A stretch of 64,000 nucleotides of DNA from Rhodospirillales bacterium (lineage in GTDB: Bacteria > Pseudomonadota > Alphaproteobacteria > Rhodospirillales > JASLLZ01), in assembly GCA_030754885.1 (NCBI GenBank), contig JASLZL010000097.1:20097-84096 (forward strand), given 5' to 3'. Both the position numbers and the translations under genes were made by a program. The notes under the pieces were generated by a model. The model saw nothing but the letters and a program-made list of their open reading frames with translations. It had not been told where the DNA came from and did not search any database. This document shows positions 36,373 through 48,476 of the stretch, piece after piece (the stretch's first letter is position 1; each line of letters opens with the position of its first letter).

Positions 36373-37854
36373 TCAGGCCCCCTCGAGGTAAGCGGGCTTG
36401 GTGTCAAACCTTGCGGCCGTCTCCAGAGCCTCGGCGGCGCGCAATACCGTCTCTTCGTCGAACGGTCGGCCAATGAGGTGCAGCCCCAAGGGCAGACCCT
36501 GGGGGTCGAGCCCCGCCGGCACCGAGATGGCGGGCAGTCCGGCCAGGCTGGCCGGCACGGTGAAGACGTCGTTCAGGTACATGGCGATGGGATCGTCCAT
36601 CTTCTCGCCGATGGCAAAGGCGGCCGAAGGCGCCGTCGGGGTGAGGATCACATCGACGGTTTCGAAGGCCTTCTTGAAGTCCCGGGCGATCAGGGTGCGT
36701 ACTTTCTGAGCCTTGACGTAATAGGCGTCGTAATAGCCCGCCGACAGGACGTAGGTGCCAATCAGGACACGGCGGCGCACTTCGGCGCCAAAGCCCTCGC
36801 CTCGGGTGTTTTCATACATCTCGTCCAACGTCTCGCCCGGCACGCGCAGGCCGAAGCGCACGCCATCATAGCGGGCCAGGTTGGACGAGGCCTCGGCCGG
36901 GGCGACGATGTAGTAGGTCGGAAGGGCATATTTCGTATGCGGTAGCGCGACATCCACGGGCTCGGCACCGGCGTCCTTCAGCCACTCGATACCCTGTTGC
37001 CACAGGGTTTCGATCTCGCCCGGCGTGCTGTCGATCCGGTATTCCCGGGGGATGCCGACCTTGAGGCCCCTCACACCGCCGCCGAGCGCCGCTTCGAAGT
37101 CGGGCTTCTCGACCGGTGCCGATGTGGAATCCTTGGCGTCGTGGCCGGCCATGGCGCCCAGCATGATGGCGGCGTCCCGTACGGTGCGGGTCAACGGTCC
37201 GGCCTGATCGAGGCTCGAGGCGAAGGCGACGATGCCCCAGCGCGAGCACCGCCCATAGGTCGGTTTGAGGCCGACAATACCCGAGAACGATGCCGGCTGG
37301 CGGATGGAGCCGCCGGTATCGGTGCCGATCGACGCCGAACACAGGTGCGCGGCCACGGCCGCCGCCGAGCCGCCCGACGAGCCGCCGGGCACCCGATCCT
37401 TGCCGTCGCCGGTGCTCCACGGGTTCTTCGCCGGGCCGTAGTAGCTGGTTACGTTGGCCGAACCCATGGCGAACTCGTCTAAGTTGGTCTTGCCCACCAT
37501 CACCGCGCCGGCGGCTCGCAGGTTGGCGGTAACCGTGGACTCGTAGGTTGGCGTGAAGCCGTCAAGGATGTGGGACCCGGCGGTCGTCAATACGCCCTCG
37601 GTGCAAAAGAGATCCTTGACCGCGATGGGAATGCCATCCATGGGGCCGGCGGCCGCGTCCTTGGCGCGTCTGGTGTCGGATGCCTGGGCGCGTTCGAGGG
37701 CGAGCTCCGGCGTCTCGGTGATGAAGAGGTTGAGATCGCGGGCCGCCTCGACAGCACCGGAGTGGGCGCGGGTCAATTCTTCCGACGTGAAGTCGCCCGA
37801 GGCCAGGCCGTCGCGTGCCTGGGCCAGGGTCAGCGCGGTCAACGGGTCGGTCAT
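36373..37854 (-). CDS. gatA: Asp/Glu-tRNA amidotransferase subunit A
   Basis: Amidase signature [13 protein letters not shown]. Lies between gatC and gatB. Confidence 0.95.
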   Translation of the reverse strand: MTDPLTALTLAQARDGLASGDFTSEELTRAHSGAVEAARDLNLFITETPELALERAQASDTRRAKDAAAGPMDGIPIAVKDLFCTEGVLTTAGSHILDGFTPTYESTVTANLRAAGAVMVGKTNLDEFAMGSANVTSYYGPAKNPWSTGDGKDRVPGGSSGGSAAAVAAHLCSASIGTDTGGSIRQPASFSGIVGLKPTYGRCSRWGIVAFASSLDQAGPLTRTVRDAAIMLGAMAGHDAKDSTSAPVEKPDFEAALGGGVRGLKVGIPREYRIDSTPGEIETLWQQGIEWLKDAGAEPVDVALPHTKYALPTYYIVAPAEASSNLARYDGVRFGLRVPGETLDEMYENTRGEGFGAEVRRRVLIGTYVLSAGYYDAYYVKAQKVRTLIARDFKKAFETVDVILTPTAPSAAFAIGEKMDDPIAMYLNDVFTVPASLAGLPAISVPAGLDPQGLPLGLHLIGRPFDEETVLRAAEALETAARFDTKPAYLEGA

Positions 37855-38147
37855 TCCACCACCTTGGGAACGGCGAAGTAGCCCGACATCGGTTCCGGTG
37901 CGTTGGCCAGGACGCGCTCTCGGTCGCCTCCGTCGTTGACCGCGTCGGGGCGCTTGGGAAGCGTCATTTCGACGACGCTTGTCATTGGTTCGACGCCTTC
38001 GGTATCAACCTCGGCCAACTGTTCGACCCAGCCGATGATGTTGGAAAGCTCGCTGGCCAAGCGCTCCAGTTCCTCATCCGGAACCTTGAGGCGGGCCAGA
38101 AAGGCTATGTTCTTGACGGTGGATTCATCCAGCGGCATCGGCTTCAT
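37851..38147 (-). CDS. gatC: Asp/Glu-tRNA amidotransferase subunit C
   Basis: 95-98 aa with [12 protein letters not shown]...[20 protein letters not shown]. It overlaps gatA by 4 nt. An alternative start lies at 38138. Confidence 0.9.
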   Translation of the reverse strand: MKPMPLDESTVKNIAFLARLKVPDEELERLASELSNIIGWVEQLAEVDTEGVEPMTSVVEMTLPKRPDAVNDGGDRERVLANAPEPMSGYFAVPKVVE

Positions 38148-38224
38148 ACCTTGGAAATGGAGAAGGCCGGTGACCGGCCCAGGAGAGTACTACCACCGGG
38201 GTGAAGCCGCGGCAACCGGCCTGG

Positions 38225-39166
38225 CTACGCGCGTTTAACGGCGTGCTCCTCAAGGATGCCGATGCGCCGGAACACGTCCCGGATCGCATCCTCTACATCC
38301 GGAGTCGCGGGTTGCACCGGCTCGCGCGGCACTCCGGCCGGAAGCCCGATCATGTTGAGCGCCGCCTTAAGGCCCGAGGGCGGCGGCGACAGGCGTTGTA
38401 CGGCGTTGGTGACCGGGCCGAAGCTCAGCGCCAGATTAGTCCGTTCCTCGGGCGTCATGTCGTGCACCGCCAGGAACTGGTCCTTGCAGTCGCGGCCGAA
38501 GAACTCGACGCCGGTGCCGACAAAGCCGCCCGAGCCCAGCAACAGCCCTGTTATCAGGGTCGTCGCCCCGCCCCACATGATGGGGAAGCGATCGCCCAGC
38601 TCAGCGATCATGGTGGTGATATGGTCGAAATCGGTGACCGTGTTCTTCACCGCGCAGACAGGCGCCACGTCGGCGATGGCGCTCAGGATGTCGGGCGTCA
38701 AGCAGAACTGAGTGTAGTGCATGGAGTTGAAAGCCAGCATGGGCAGGGGCACGGCCTTGGCCACGGCTTCGAAGCGGGCCACGATCTCGGCCTTGGTGGC
38801 GGCGTGGATGAAGGGTTGTCCCATCAGGCAGATACCCGGCGCACCAGCATCCGCCGCCACCCGGGCGAGCGCGATGCTTTCGGCATTCGACGTCCGGCTC
38901 ACATGGACGAAAATCGGGACCCGCCCGGCCACTGTCTTGAGCGCGGTCTCGGTAACCTGACGCAGTTCGTCGGAACTCAGCGCGTAGCCCTCGCCGTTAT
39001 TACCGGCGATCAAGAGCGCGTCGGCCTGGTGGCCGAGGTACCACTCAAGGATTTCGCTATAGGCGTCGAGCATCAGATCGCCCCCCGGCGCGAAGGGCGT
39101 CACCGGCGCCGGCATGAAAATCTGCCCGCGGAAGTCGGAGTGGGTGTAGGTCTTGTCGATGACCAT
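38225..39166 (-). CDS. DapA-family aldolase-like protein (paralog B, divergent active site)
   Basis: It shares GNNGEG, GRVPIFV, ADAGA.G.CL, AVPLP and GLPAGVPREPV blocks with paralog A, and has Lys in AVKNTV. FNSMHYTQF replaces YNHPGRTG. Confidence 0.7.
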   Translation of the reverse strand: MVIDKTYTHSDFRGQIFMPAPVTPFAPGGDLMLDAYSEILEWYLGHQADALLIAGNNGEGYALSSDELRQVTETALKTVAGRVPIFVHVSRTSNAESIALARVAADAGAPGICLMGQPFIHAATKAEIVARFEAVAKAVPLPMLAFNSMHYTQFCLTPDILSAIADVAPVCAVKNTVTDFDHITTMIAELGDRFPIMWGGATTLITGLLLGSGGFVGTGVEFFGRDCKDQFLAVHDMTPEERTNLALSFGPVTNAVQRLSPPPSGLKAALNMIGLPAGVPREPVQPATPDVEDAIRDVFRRIGILEEHAVKRA

Positions 39167-39193
39167 GACGTGTCCTCCAGAAGGAAATCCTTG

Positions 39194-39793
39194 TCAGTTG
39201 CCCCGACCGCCGATCTTGGGCTCCTCACCGCGCAACAGACGTCCGATGTTGGCGTGGTGGCGAATGATCGCCAGAACCGCTAGGCCCACCGCCAGGCCCG
39301 CCGCCTGACCTTGGGCCAGCCAGTAGGCATAGAACGGTGCCGCCGTCAGTGCCGCCAGGGCGGCCAATGAGGAATACCGCGAAAGCGCCGCGACGCCGAG
39401 CCAGGTCAGGCAGGCCCCCACACCGGCCGGCCAGACGGCGGCCAGCAATACGCCCAACGTGGTCGCCACCCCCTTGCCTCCCTTGAAGCGCAGCCACAGG
39501 GGGAAGTTGTGGCCGAGCACGGCGGCGAGACCGGCGGCAAGACCGGCCTCGGCTCCCCACGTGCCACAGACAAGGACGGCCGCCGCGCCCTTTCCGCCAT
39601 CAAGCACCAGGGTCAGAGCGGCCAGGCCCTTGCGTCCCGTCCTCAAAACGTTGGTGGCGCCGATATTGCCTGAGCCGATGGTACGCAAATCGCCGCTCCC
39701 GGCCAGGCGTGTCAAGATCAGGCCAAAGGGAATCGAGCCCAAGAGATAGCCGGCCGCCGCCGCTGCCAAGTGCGTCCAGCCGATCGCTTCCAT
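39194..39793 (-). CDS. plsY: Glycerol-3-phosphate acyltransferase PlsY
   Basis: 199 aa polytopic protein with [12 protein letters not shown] and KGGKGVAT motifs. Confidence 0.9.
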   Translation of the reverse strand: MEAIGWTHLAAAAAGYLLGSIPFGLILTRLAGSGDLRTIGSGNIGATNVLRTGRKGLAALTLVLDGGKGAAAVLVCGTWGAEAGLAAGLAAVLGHNFPLWLRFKGGKGVATTLGVLLAAVWPAGVGACLTWLGVAALSRYSSLAALAALTAAPFYAYWLAQGQAAGLAVGLAVLAIIRHHANIGRLLRGEEPKIGGRGN

Positions 39794-39799
39794 CGGAGA

Positions 39800-41119
39800 T
39801 CAGTCTTCCAACTGGAAGACGGTGCGACCATCGACCACGGTGCGGACCACCCGGCCCTGTACCGGTCGTCCGTCGAAGGGCGAGTTCTTGGACTTGCTCA
39901 ACAGCTTGTCGGCGTCGACCTTCCAGCCGCGGGCGGGGTCGAACAAGATAAGGTCGGCGGCCGCCGCTTTCTCCAGCCGCCCGGCGGGCAGGCCAAGCAG
40001 GTCGGCGGGGGCCTGGGTGATCAGGCGCAGCGTCTCGGCCAAGGATAAGTGGGCATTGTGATAAAGCTCGAGGGTAACGGCGAGCAGGGTCTCCAACCCG
40101 ACGCCGCCGAAGGCAGCCTGGGCAAAGGGCAGGCGCTTGGCGTCCTCGTCCTGGGGCGTATGGTCCGAGGCGATGGTGTCGATCGTGCCGTCCTTGAGCG
40201 CCTCGATCACAGCCTCGCGGTCATCTTCGGCGCGCAAGGGCGGCGACAGCTTGGCGAAGGTGCGGTAATCGCCCACCTCAATTTCGTTGAGGGCGAAGTA
40301 GGGTGGCGCCGTGTCGCAGGTCACGGCCAGGCCCCGTGTCTTGGCTCGGCGCACCGCATCAAGGGCTTGGGCGGTCGAGACGTGGGCGAAATGGATGCGC
40401 GCACCTGTCAGTTCGGCAAGATGAATGTCGCGCTCCACAATTATTACCTCGGCTTGGCGTGGAATGCCTGTTAACCCGAGCCGTGTCGCCGTCTCGCCGG
40501 CGTTCATGTCACCTCCGGCGGCAAGGCTGGGTTCCTCGGGATGTTCGATGATCATCAGGCCAAAGGTGGCGGCATAGCTGAGAGCGCGGCGCATGACCTG
40601 AGCATCGGCCACGGCCTTGATGGCGTCGGTAAAGGCGAGTGCCCCGGCTTCGGCCAGCATTCCCATTTCAGCCAGTTCCCGGCCCTCTAGACCCTTGGTT
40701 ACGGCGCCGTATGGGTAGACCTTGGCGAGGCCAAGCAGGCGCGCCCGGCGGGCGACGAACTCGACCACCGACATGTCGTCAATTACCGGCTGGGTATTGG
40801 GCAGACAGACCAGGCTGGTGACGCCGCCCGCCGTCGCCGAGCGCCCGTCCGAGGCCAGTGTTCCCTTGTTTTCGTCACCCGGTTCACGCAATTGGGCGCG
40901 CATGTCGACCAGGCCGGGTGCCAGACAAAAGCCCTGGCAATCGACCGTGGCTATCCCCTCGGGAAGACCGTCGGCAAAGAGTTGGGTTCCGAAATCTGCG
41001 ATCATCTCGCCATCGGTGAGCAGCGCGCCTTTTACGTCGAGGCCCGAGGCCGGATCCATGAGGCGAGCGTTGATGTAAGCGACCCGTCCCTGGGTTTGGC
41101 TCGGCTTGACCGCCATCAC
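39800..41119 (-). CDS. pyrC: Dihydroorotase-like protein lacking the HxH metal site (PyrC'-type, probably non-catalytic)
   Basis: Class I DHOase fold, but [14 protein letters not shown] occupies the position of PGfVDvHVHLREPG. HFAHVST and ASDHTP are retained. It overlaps pyrB by 4 nt. Confidence 0.85.
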   Translation of the reverse strand: MMAVKPSQTQGRVAYINARLMDPASGLDVKGALLTDGEMIADFGTQLFADGLPEGIATVDCQGFCLAPGLVDMRAQLREPGDENKGTLASDGRSATAGGVTSLVCLPNTQPVIDDMSVVEFVARRARLLGLAKVYPYGAVTKGLEGRELAEMGMLAEAGALAFTDAIKAVADAQVMRRALSYAATFGLMIIEHPEEPSLAAGGDMNAGETATRLGLTGIPRQAEVIIVERDIHLAELTGARIHFAHVSTAQALDAVRRAKTRGLAVTCDTAPPYFALNEIEVGDYRTFAKLSPPLRAEDDREAVIEALKDGTIDTIASDHTPQDEDAKRLPFAQAAFGGVGLETLLAVTLELYHNAHLSLAETLRLITQAPADLLGLPAGRLEKAAAADLILFDPARGWKVDADKLLSKSKNSPFDGRPVQGRVVRTVVDGRTVFQLED

Positions 41120-42087
41120 AGGTTCCTCGGCTCGGTCTCTGAAACGGTGCGGGTCAGAATCTCGAGGCAGGCCATGCGGACCGCCACTCCCATCTCGACC
41201 TGCTCGCGGATGGCGCTGCGCCCATAGTCGTCGGCTACTTCCGAATCGATCTCGACACCCCGGTTCATCGGGCCCGGATGCATGATCAGCGCGTCCTCTT
41301 TGGCGTTGCCCAGCTTCTCGTAATCGAGGCCGAAAAAGTGGAAGTATTCGCGGATAGAGGGGAAGAAATTGCCTTGCATACGCTCGCTTTGCAGACGCAG
41401 CATCATTACGATGTCACAGTCCGCGAGGCCCGCATTCATGTCATCGAAGACCTCGACGCCCAAGCGTTCCGCTGAAGACGGCACCAGGGTCTTGGGTGCC
41501 ACCGCGCGTACCCGGGCGCCCATGGTGTTCAGAAGATGGATGTTGGACCGTGCAACACGCGAATGTAGGATGTCGCCGCAAATCGCGACCAAGAGACCCG
41601 CCAGGCGCCCCTTGCGGCGGTGAATGGTCAGCGCGTCCAGAAGCGCCTGGGTGGGATGCTCATGGGCCCCGTCGCCGCCGTTGATGACAGAGCAGTTGAC
41701 CTTTTCGGCCAAGAGATTGACAGCCCCCGAATTGGGGTGACGAACGACTAAGACGTCCGGGTGCATGGCGTTGAGCGTCATCGCCGTGTCGATCAGGGTT
41801 TCGCCCTTCTTTATGGCGCTGGTTGCCACCGACATATTGATGACGTCGCCGCCCAGGCGCTTGCCGGCCAACTCGAACGACGTGCGGGTGCGCGTCGAAG
41901 CCTCGAAAAACAAGTTGAAGATAGTGCGCCCGCGCAGGATCGACTTCTTTTTGTCGGCTTGGCGGTTCTGTTCGACGTAGGATTCTGAGCGGTCGAGGAG
42001 AAGGGTGATCTCGTCGGGCGAAAGACCTTCGATTCCCAACAGGTGGCGATGCGGGAAATCCAAGACGTCCGAGGCAGTATCGCTCAT
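41116..42087 (-). CDS. pyrB: Aspartate carbamoyltransferase catalytic subunit
   Basis: STRTR, HPTQ and HPGP motifs are all present. Confidence 0.95.
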   Translation of the reverse strand: MSDTASDVLDFPHRHLLGIEGLSPDEITLLLDRSESYVEQNRQADKKKSILRGRTIFNLFFEASTRTRTSFELAGKRLGGDVINMSVATSAIKKGETLIDTAMTLNAMHPDVLVVRHPNSGAVNLLAEKVNCSVINGGDGAHEHPTQALLDALTIHRRKGRLAGLLVAICGDILHSRVARSNIHLLNTMGARVRAVAPKTLVPSSAERLGVEVFDDMNAGLADCDIVMMLRLQSERMQGNFFPSIREYFHFFGLDYEKLGNAKEDALIMHPGPMNRGVEIDSEVADDYGRSAIREQVEMGVAVRMACLEILTRTVSETEPRNL

Positions 42088-42140
42088 AAGTCCCGACTAT
42101 ACGTCGGGCCGCGCCTCAGGCGCAAGGCACTGGCGCGCTC

Positions 42141-42614
42141 TTAGATTTGCGGCGCCGTCTGGGCGTCCAGCGCCCCTTGCAGGATGTAGGCGGCGGCCAT
42201 CTTGTCAACGAGGGCGGCGCGGCGTTTGCGAGGCATGTCGGCTTCGTTGATGAGGACCCGCTCCACCGCCGCCGTGGACAGGCGTTCATCCCAGAAGGTG
42301 ACGGGAATTTCGAAGATTTCCAGCAAGTTGGCGGCGAACTGACGCACGGACTGGCAGCGTGGACCCTCGCTTCCGTCCATCGAAAGCGGCAGGCCGATGA
42401 CCAGGCCGCCGACACCCTCGTTCTCCACGATTGTGCGCAACCGGCGGGCATCGTCGGCGAACTTGCTCCGCCGCAGGGTCTTGTAGGGAGTGGCCACGGT
42501 CAAAGTGACGTCGGACAGCGCCAGGCCAACGGTCTTCGCGCCCACGTCCAGGCCGAGTAGACGGCGTCCTTGGTCCAGTCCCGCCTTGATTTCCGACACC
42601 GACTCTATCGCCAT
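42141..42614 (-). CDS. ruvX: YqgF/RuvX putative pre-16S rRNA nuclease (Holliday-junction-resolvase-like)
   Basis: LLGLDVGAKTVGLALSD N-terminal motif. I prefer the ATG at 42614; the track start is 42653. Confidence 0.9.
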   Translation of the reverse strand: MAIESVSEIKAGLDQGRRLLGLDVGAKTVGLALSDVTLTVATPYKTLRRSKFADDARRLRTIVENEGVGGLVIGLPLSMDGSEGPRCQSVRQFAANLLEIFEIPVTFWDERLSTAAVERVLINEADMPRKRRAALVDKMAAAYILQGALDAQTAPQI

Positions 42615-42832
42615 GGCTGTGTCCCGCCGTGCCCAGTCCCAATCTCGTGCCAATAAAGCCCCGACGGTTCGATGAAGTACAGTCCCGCTCTCATAAAAAG
42701 GGACGCCGTGACCCGTGACGGGCGGAGTGGTATGATGAGCGGCAACTCTTTCGGTGCTTTAGAATCGGGAATAGCGATATCATGGGGGCACCTGCCGTCG
42801 GCTTCCGACGATCATGGGGCGGCCACCGCTTG

Positions 42833-43615
42833 ATGGCGACACGCCTTGCCCGTTGTATCGTTTTGATGTTTGTGTTGGGTCTTTTCTTGACGCCGGCGTG
42901 GCCGGTGGCGGCCCAGACAGGGGGCAAGGATGGTGCCCGCGACCTGCCGAGCGACCGCTACCTTGCCATCAAGGACGTCAATCTGCGGGCCAAACCGACG
43001 ACAAAGAGCGCCAAGAAGGGGAAGCTCAAGAAGGGCCAGAAGGTCGAGGCGCTTGGCCTTACCAAAGACGGCTGGTTAAACGTCAAGGACGGAAAGGGCG
43101 GTAAGGCCTTCGTTTATAATTCCTATTTGGTTCCTCTTATTGATGGTTCGTTGGAGAGTGACCTTGAGGGCAAGGTTTCCCGGGCCGGAGGCGCGAGTTG
43201 TACATTCACCATTCATTTTGCCGGCAACAGCGCGGTTCCCGACGAGATCTTCGATACCTCGGACTATGATGTCTCGTGGCGCTGCCGCCACAAAGGCAAG
43301 GACATTTCCTTCCGCGCCTTCATGTTCATAACCGAGGCGCCCTATACAATGTCCGCTAACCGCGTCTACCAAATCAGCCTTGATGTGCGCGAGCTGGGCA
43401 ACGGCGTCGAAGGCGCCTTTTCCACCATCGTCTTGTACAACGCCCAGAGGAATCGCGTTGTCTTGGACACCGTCTCGCTTGCAGAATTCGCCCAGCCGTC
43501 GCCGACCAAGATGCTGCCGGCGCCAAGCGTGTCAAAAGCCTTGACCGGCGCCGCCGAACTGGCCTTCGGTGCTTGGAACGCGCGTGTCTGGACGGCTCTT
43601 GCCGCCGGGCATTGA
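42833..43615 (+). CDS. Secreted SH3b-domain protein with a C-terminal domain of unknown function
   Basis: Signal peptide MATRLARCIVLMFVLGLFLTPAWPVAAQ. The SH3_3-like segment is YLAIKDVNLRAKPTTKSAKKGKLKKGQKVEALGLTKDGWLNVKDGKGGKAFVYNSYL. Confidence 0.6.
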   Translation: MATRLARCIVLMFVLGLFLTPAWPVAAQTGGKDGARDLPSDRYLAIKDVNLRAKPTTKSAKKGKLKKGQKVEALGLTKDGWLNVKDGKGGKAFVYNSYLVPLIDGSLESDLEGKVSRAGGASCTFTIHFAGNSAVPDEIFDTSDYDVSWRCRHKGKDISFRAFMFITEAPYTMSANRVYQISLDVRELGNGVEGAFSTIVLYNAQRNRVVLDTVSLAEFAQPSPTKMLPAPSVSKALTGAAELAFGAWNARVWTALAAGH

Positions 43616-43674
43616 AGCCGCCGCCGACAGGACCTAGTGTTCCGGTTCGGACTGAGTATTGACGGGAAGGGCGA

Positions 43675-44694
43675 TTGGTGAACGATCAGGGGACGGTTCT
43701 TGTGACCGGCGGCGCCGGATACATCGGCAGTCACGCGATCTGGGCCTTGCATGACGCGGGCCGGAGCGTCGTCGTCATAGACGACCTATCGACAGGAAAT
43801 CGGGTCTTGCTTCCCGGGGACGTGACCTTGATCGTCGGCGACGCCGGCGACCGGGGTCGGGTCGAGGCGCTGATCGGCGATTACGGGTGCACGGCGGTGA
43901 TGCACTTCGCCGGCTCTATCGTGGTCGGCGAATCGGTCGACAATCCCCTCGCCTATTACGCCAACAACGCCGGCGTTACCCTTAATCTTATCCGTGCCTG
44001 CCTGGCCGGCGGGATCACGCGCTTCGTCTATTCCTCGACGGCCGCCGTCTACGGCCAGCCAATCCGGTTGCCGGTTGGCGAGGACGCACCGACCCAACCC
44101 CTCAACCCCTATGGCCATTCCAAGTTGATGGCAGAGCAAATGCTGTGCGATGCCGCCCGAGCGCACGGCCTGCAATTCGCCATCTTGCGCTATTTCAACG
44201 TTGCCGGCGCCGATCCCGAGGGACGCACGGGCCAGTCATCGATTCAGCCTACCCATCTGATCAAGCGCGCTTGTCAGGCGGCACTGGGGCTCGGCGACGG
44301 CATTGAGATTTTTGGCGCTGACTACGACACCATAGACGGAACCTGCGTGCGCGATTACCTGCACGTCAGCGACCTGGCCGAGGCCCACTTGGCGGCACTG
44401 AGCCATCTTGCCGGTGGTGGCGAATCCCTGATCCTCAACTGCGGATACGGTGGCGGCGCCTCGGTGCGCCAGGTGCTGGCTGCCGTCGAGGCTGAGGCGG
44501 GGGTGAAGTTGAATCCGCGGACGGCGGCCCGTCGGCCTGGTGACGCCGCAGAGTTGGTGGCCGACGCCAAGCGGATCCGGGCCGCCCTCGGCTGGCAACC
44601 ACAGCACGACGACCTGCGTTTCATCGTTAAAACAGCGCTGGCCTGGGAGCGACGCCTCATTGCGCGCCGGAACCCGGCGACGGCAGGGCCTTGA
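43675..44694 (+). CDS. galE: UDP-glucose 4-epimerase
   Basis: VLVTGGAGYIGSH Rossmann motif and the YGHSK (YxxxK) catalytic motif. Confidence 0.9.
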   Translation: MVNDQGTVLVTGGAGYIGSHAIWALHDAGRSVVVIDDLSTGNRVLLPGDVTLIVGDAGDRGRVEALIGDYGCTAVMHFAGSIVVGESVDNPLAYYANNAGVTLNLIRACLAGGITRFVYSSTAAVYGQPIRLPVGEDAPTQPLNPYGHSKLMAEQMLCDAARAHGLQFAILRYFNVAGADPEGRTGQSSIQPTHLIKRACQAALGLGDGIEIFGADYDTIDGTCVRDYLHVSDLAEAHLAALSHLAGGGESLILNCGYGGGASVRQVLAAVEAEAGVKLNPRTAARRPGDAAELVADAKRIRAALGWQPQHDDLRFIVKTALAWERRLIARRNPATAGP

Positions 44695-44728
44695 CGGGGC
44701 GGGGGCCCATACCCCAGTCTCGCCCGCC

Positions 44729-45859
44729 ATGGACGGACCGACCCGAACCCTTTCCGCTGCCGAGAGGCTGGACTGGCTGCGGCTCATCCGCAGCGAGAAC
44801 GTCGGTCCCATCACGTTCTATCGGTTGATCGAACGCTTCGGAACGGCCGCCCTGGCGCTCACGGCCCTACCTGATTTGGCGCGTCGCGGCGGGCGGCGCA
44901 AACCTATGACGGTGTGTCCGCTGACGGTGGCGGAGCGTGAGATGGAGGCCCAAGAAGCGATCGGCGCCGTTCTCGTTGCTCGGGTCGAGCCCGGCTACCC
45001 GCCGAACCTGGCTCACATAGAGGATGCGCCGCCACTGATCGGCGTCTTGGGTCAAGGTCATTTGCTGGCGCGGCCCATCGTCGCCGTGGTTGGCGCCCGC
45101 AATGCCTCGTTGAACGGCCGGCGTTTCGCTAATCAGCTAGCCGCCGACTTGGGAAAAGGCGGCTTCGTTGTGGTCTCTGGACTGGCCCGGGGCATTGACG
45201 CCAGCGCCCATGCGGGGGCCCTGGAAACGGGCACGGTCGCCGTGGTCGCCGGCGGTATCGATGTGGTCTACCCGAAGGAGAATGAGCGTCTTCACGGCGA
45301 GATTGCCGAGCGCGGGGTGATCATTTCTGAAATCGAGCCCGGCGTCTCTCCGCAGGCACGCCACTTTCCCCGTCGCAACCGCCTGATCTCGGGCACGGCG
45401 CTGGGCGTCGTCGTGGTCGAAGCCAACCTGCGTTCGGGCTCTCTGATCACGGCGCGTCTTGCCCTGGAACAAGGCCGCGAGGTGTTTGCGGTGCCCGGGT
45501 CGCCCCTCGATCCCAGGGCGCGGAGCACCAATGACTTATTGCGTCAGGGGGCGGCGATGGCCGAATCAGCCGAAGATGTGATAAGAACCCTCAACGATAC
45601 GCTTCGCTTGCCGCTCAGTGACAGAAAAACCCACAGTATCCCGGGCGTTCAGGCGGATTTTCCGAGCCATGGCGAGATCGATTCGGCGCGCGCCGCGATC
45701 ATGGAAAATTTGTCTCCGACGCCGGTTAAGGTTGACGAAATCATTCGTAATGGCCATTTCTCCCCGGCTGTCGTGTCCATGGTCCTGCTGGAACTGGAGT
45801 TGGCGGGACGCCTGGAGCGCCAACCGGGAAACCAAGTTGCATTGATTGAGAAGGTTTAG
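44729..45859 (+). CDS. dprA: DNA-processing protein DprA
   Basis: LIGVLGQG...VAVVGARNAS...GLARGIDASAH...SGSLITARLALEQGREVFAVPG. I prefer the ATG at 44729, because the track extension overlaps galE. Confidence 0.9.
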   Translation: MDGPTRTLSAAERLDWLRLIRSENVGPITFYRLIERFGTAALALTALPDLARRGGRRKPMTVCPLTVAEREMEAQEAIGAVLVARVEPGYPPNLAHIEDAPPLIGVLGQGHLLARPIVAVVGARNASLNGRRFANQLAADLGKGGFVVVSGLARGIDASAHAGALETGTVAVVAGGIDVVYPKENERLHGEIAERGVIISEIEPGVSPQARHFPRRNRLISGTALGVVVVEANLRSGSLITARLALEQGREVFAVPGSPLDPRARSTNDLLRQGAAMAESAEDVIRTLNDTLRLPLSDRKTHSIPGVQADFPSHGEIDSARAAIMENLSPTPVKVDEIIRNGHFSPAVVSMVLLELELAGRLERQPGNQVALIEKV

Positions 45860-45868
45860 CCACACACC

Positions 45869-48469
<2,601 letters not shown>

Positions 48470-48476
48470 TTCGCGA

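Noticed and set aside
35542-36945. 467-aa plus-strand ORF.
   Set aside because: It is antisense to gatB and gatA and crosses their gene boundary. The sequence is low-complexity G/A/R/V/D with no recognisable domain. It is a shadow ORF.
38201-39283. 360-aa plus-strand ORF.
   Set aside because: It is antisense to the DapA-like gene and the plsY 3' end. Arg/Gly/His-rich composition and no motifs.
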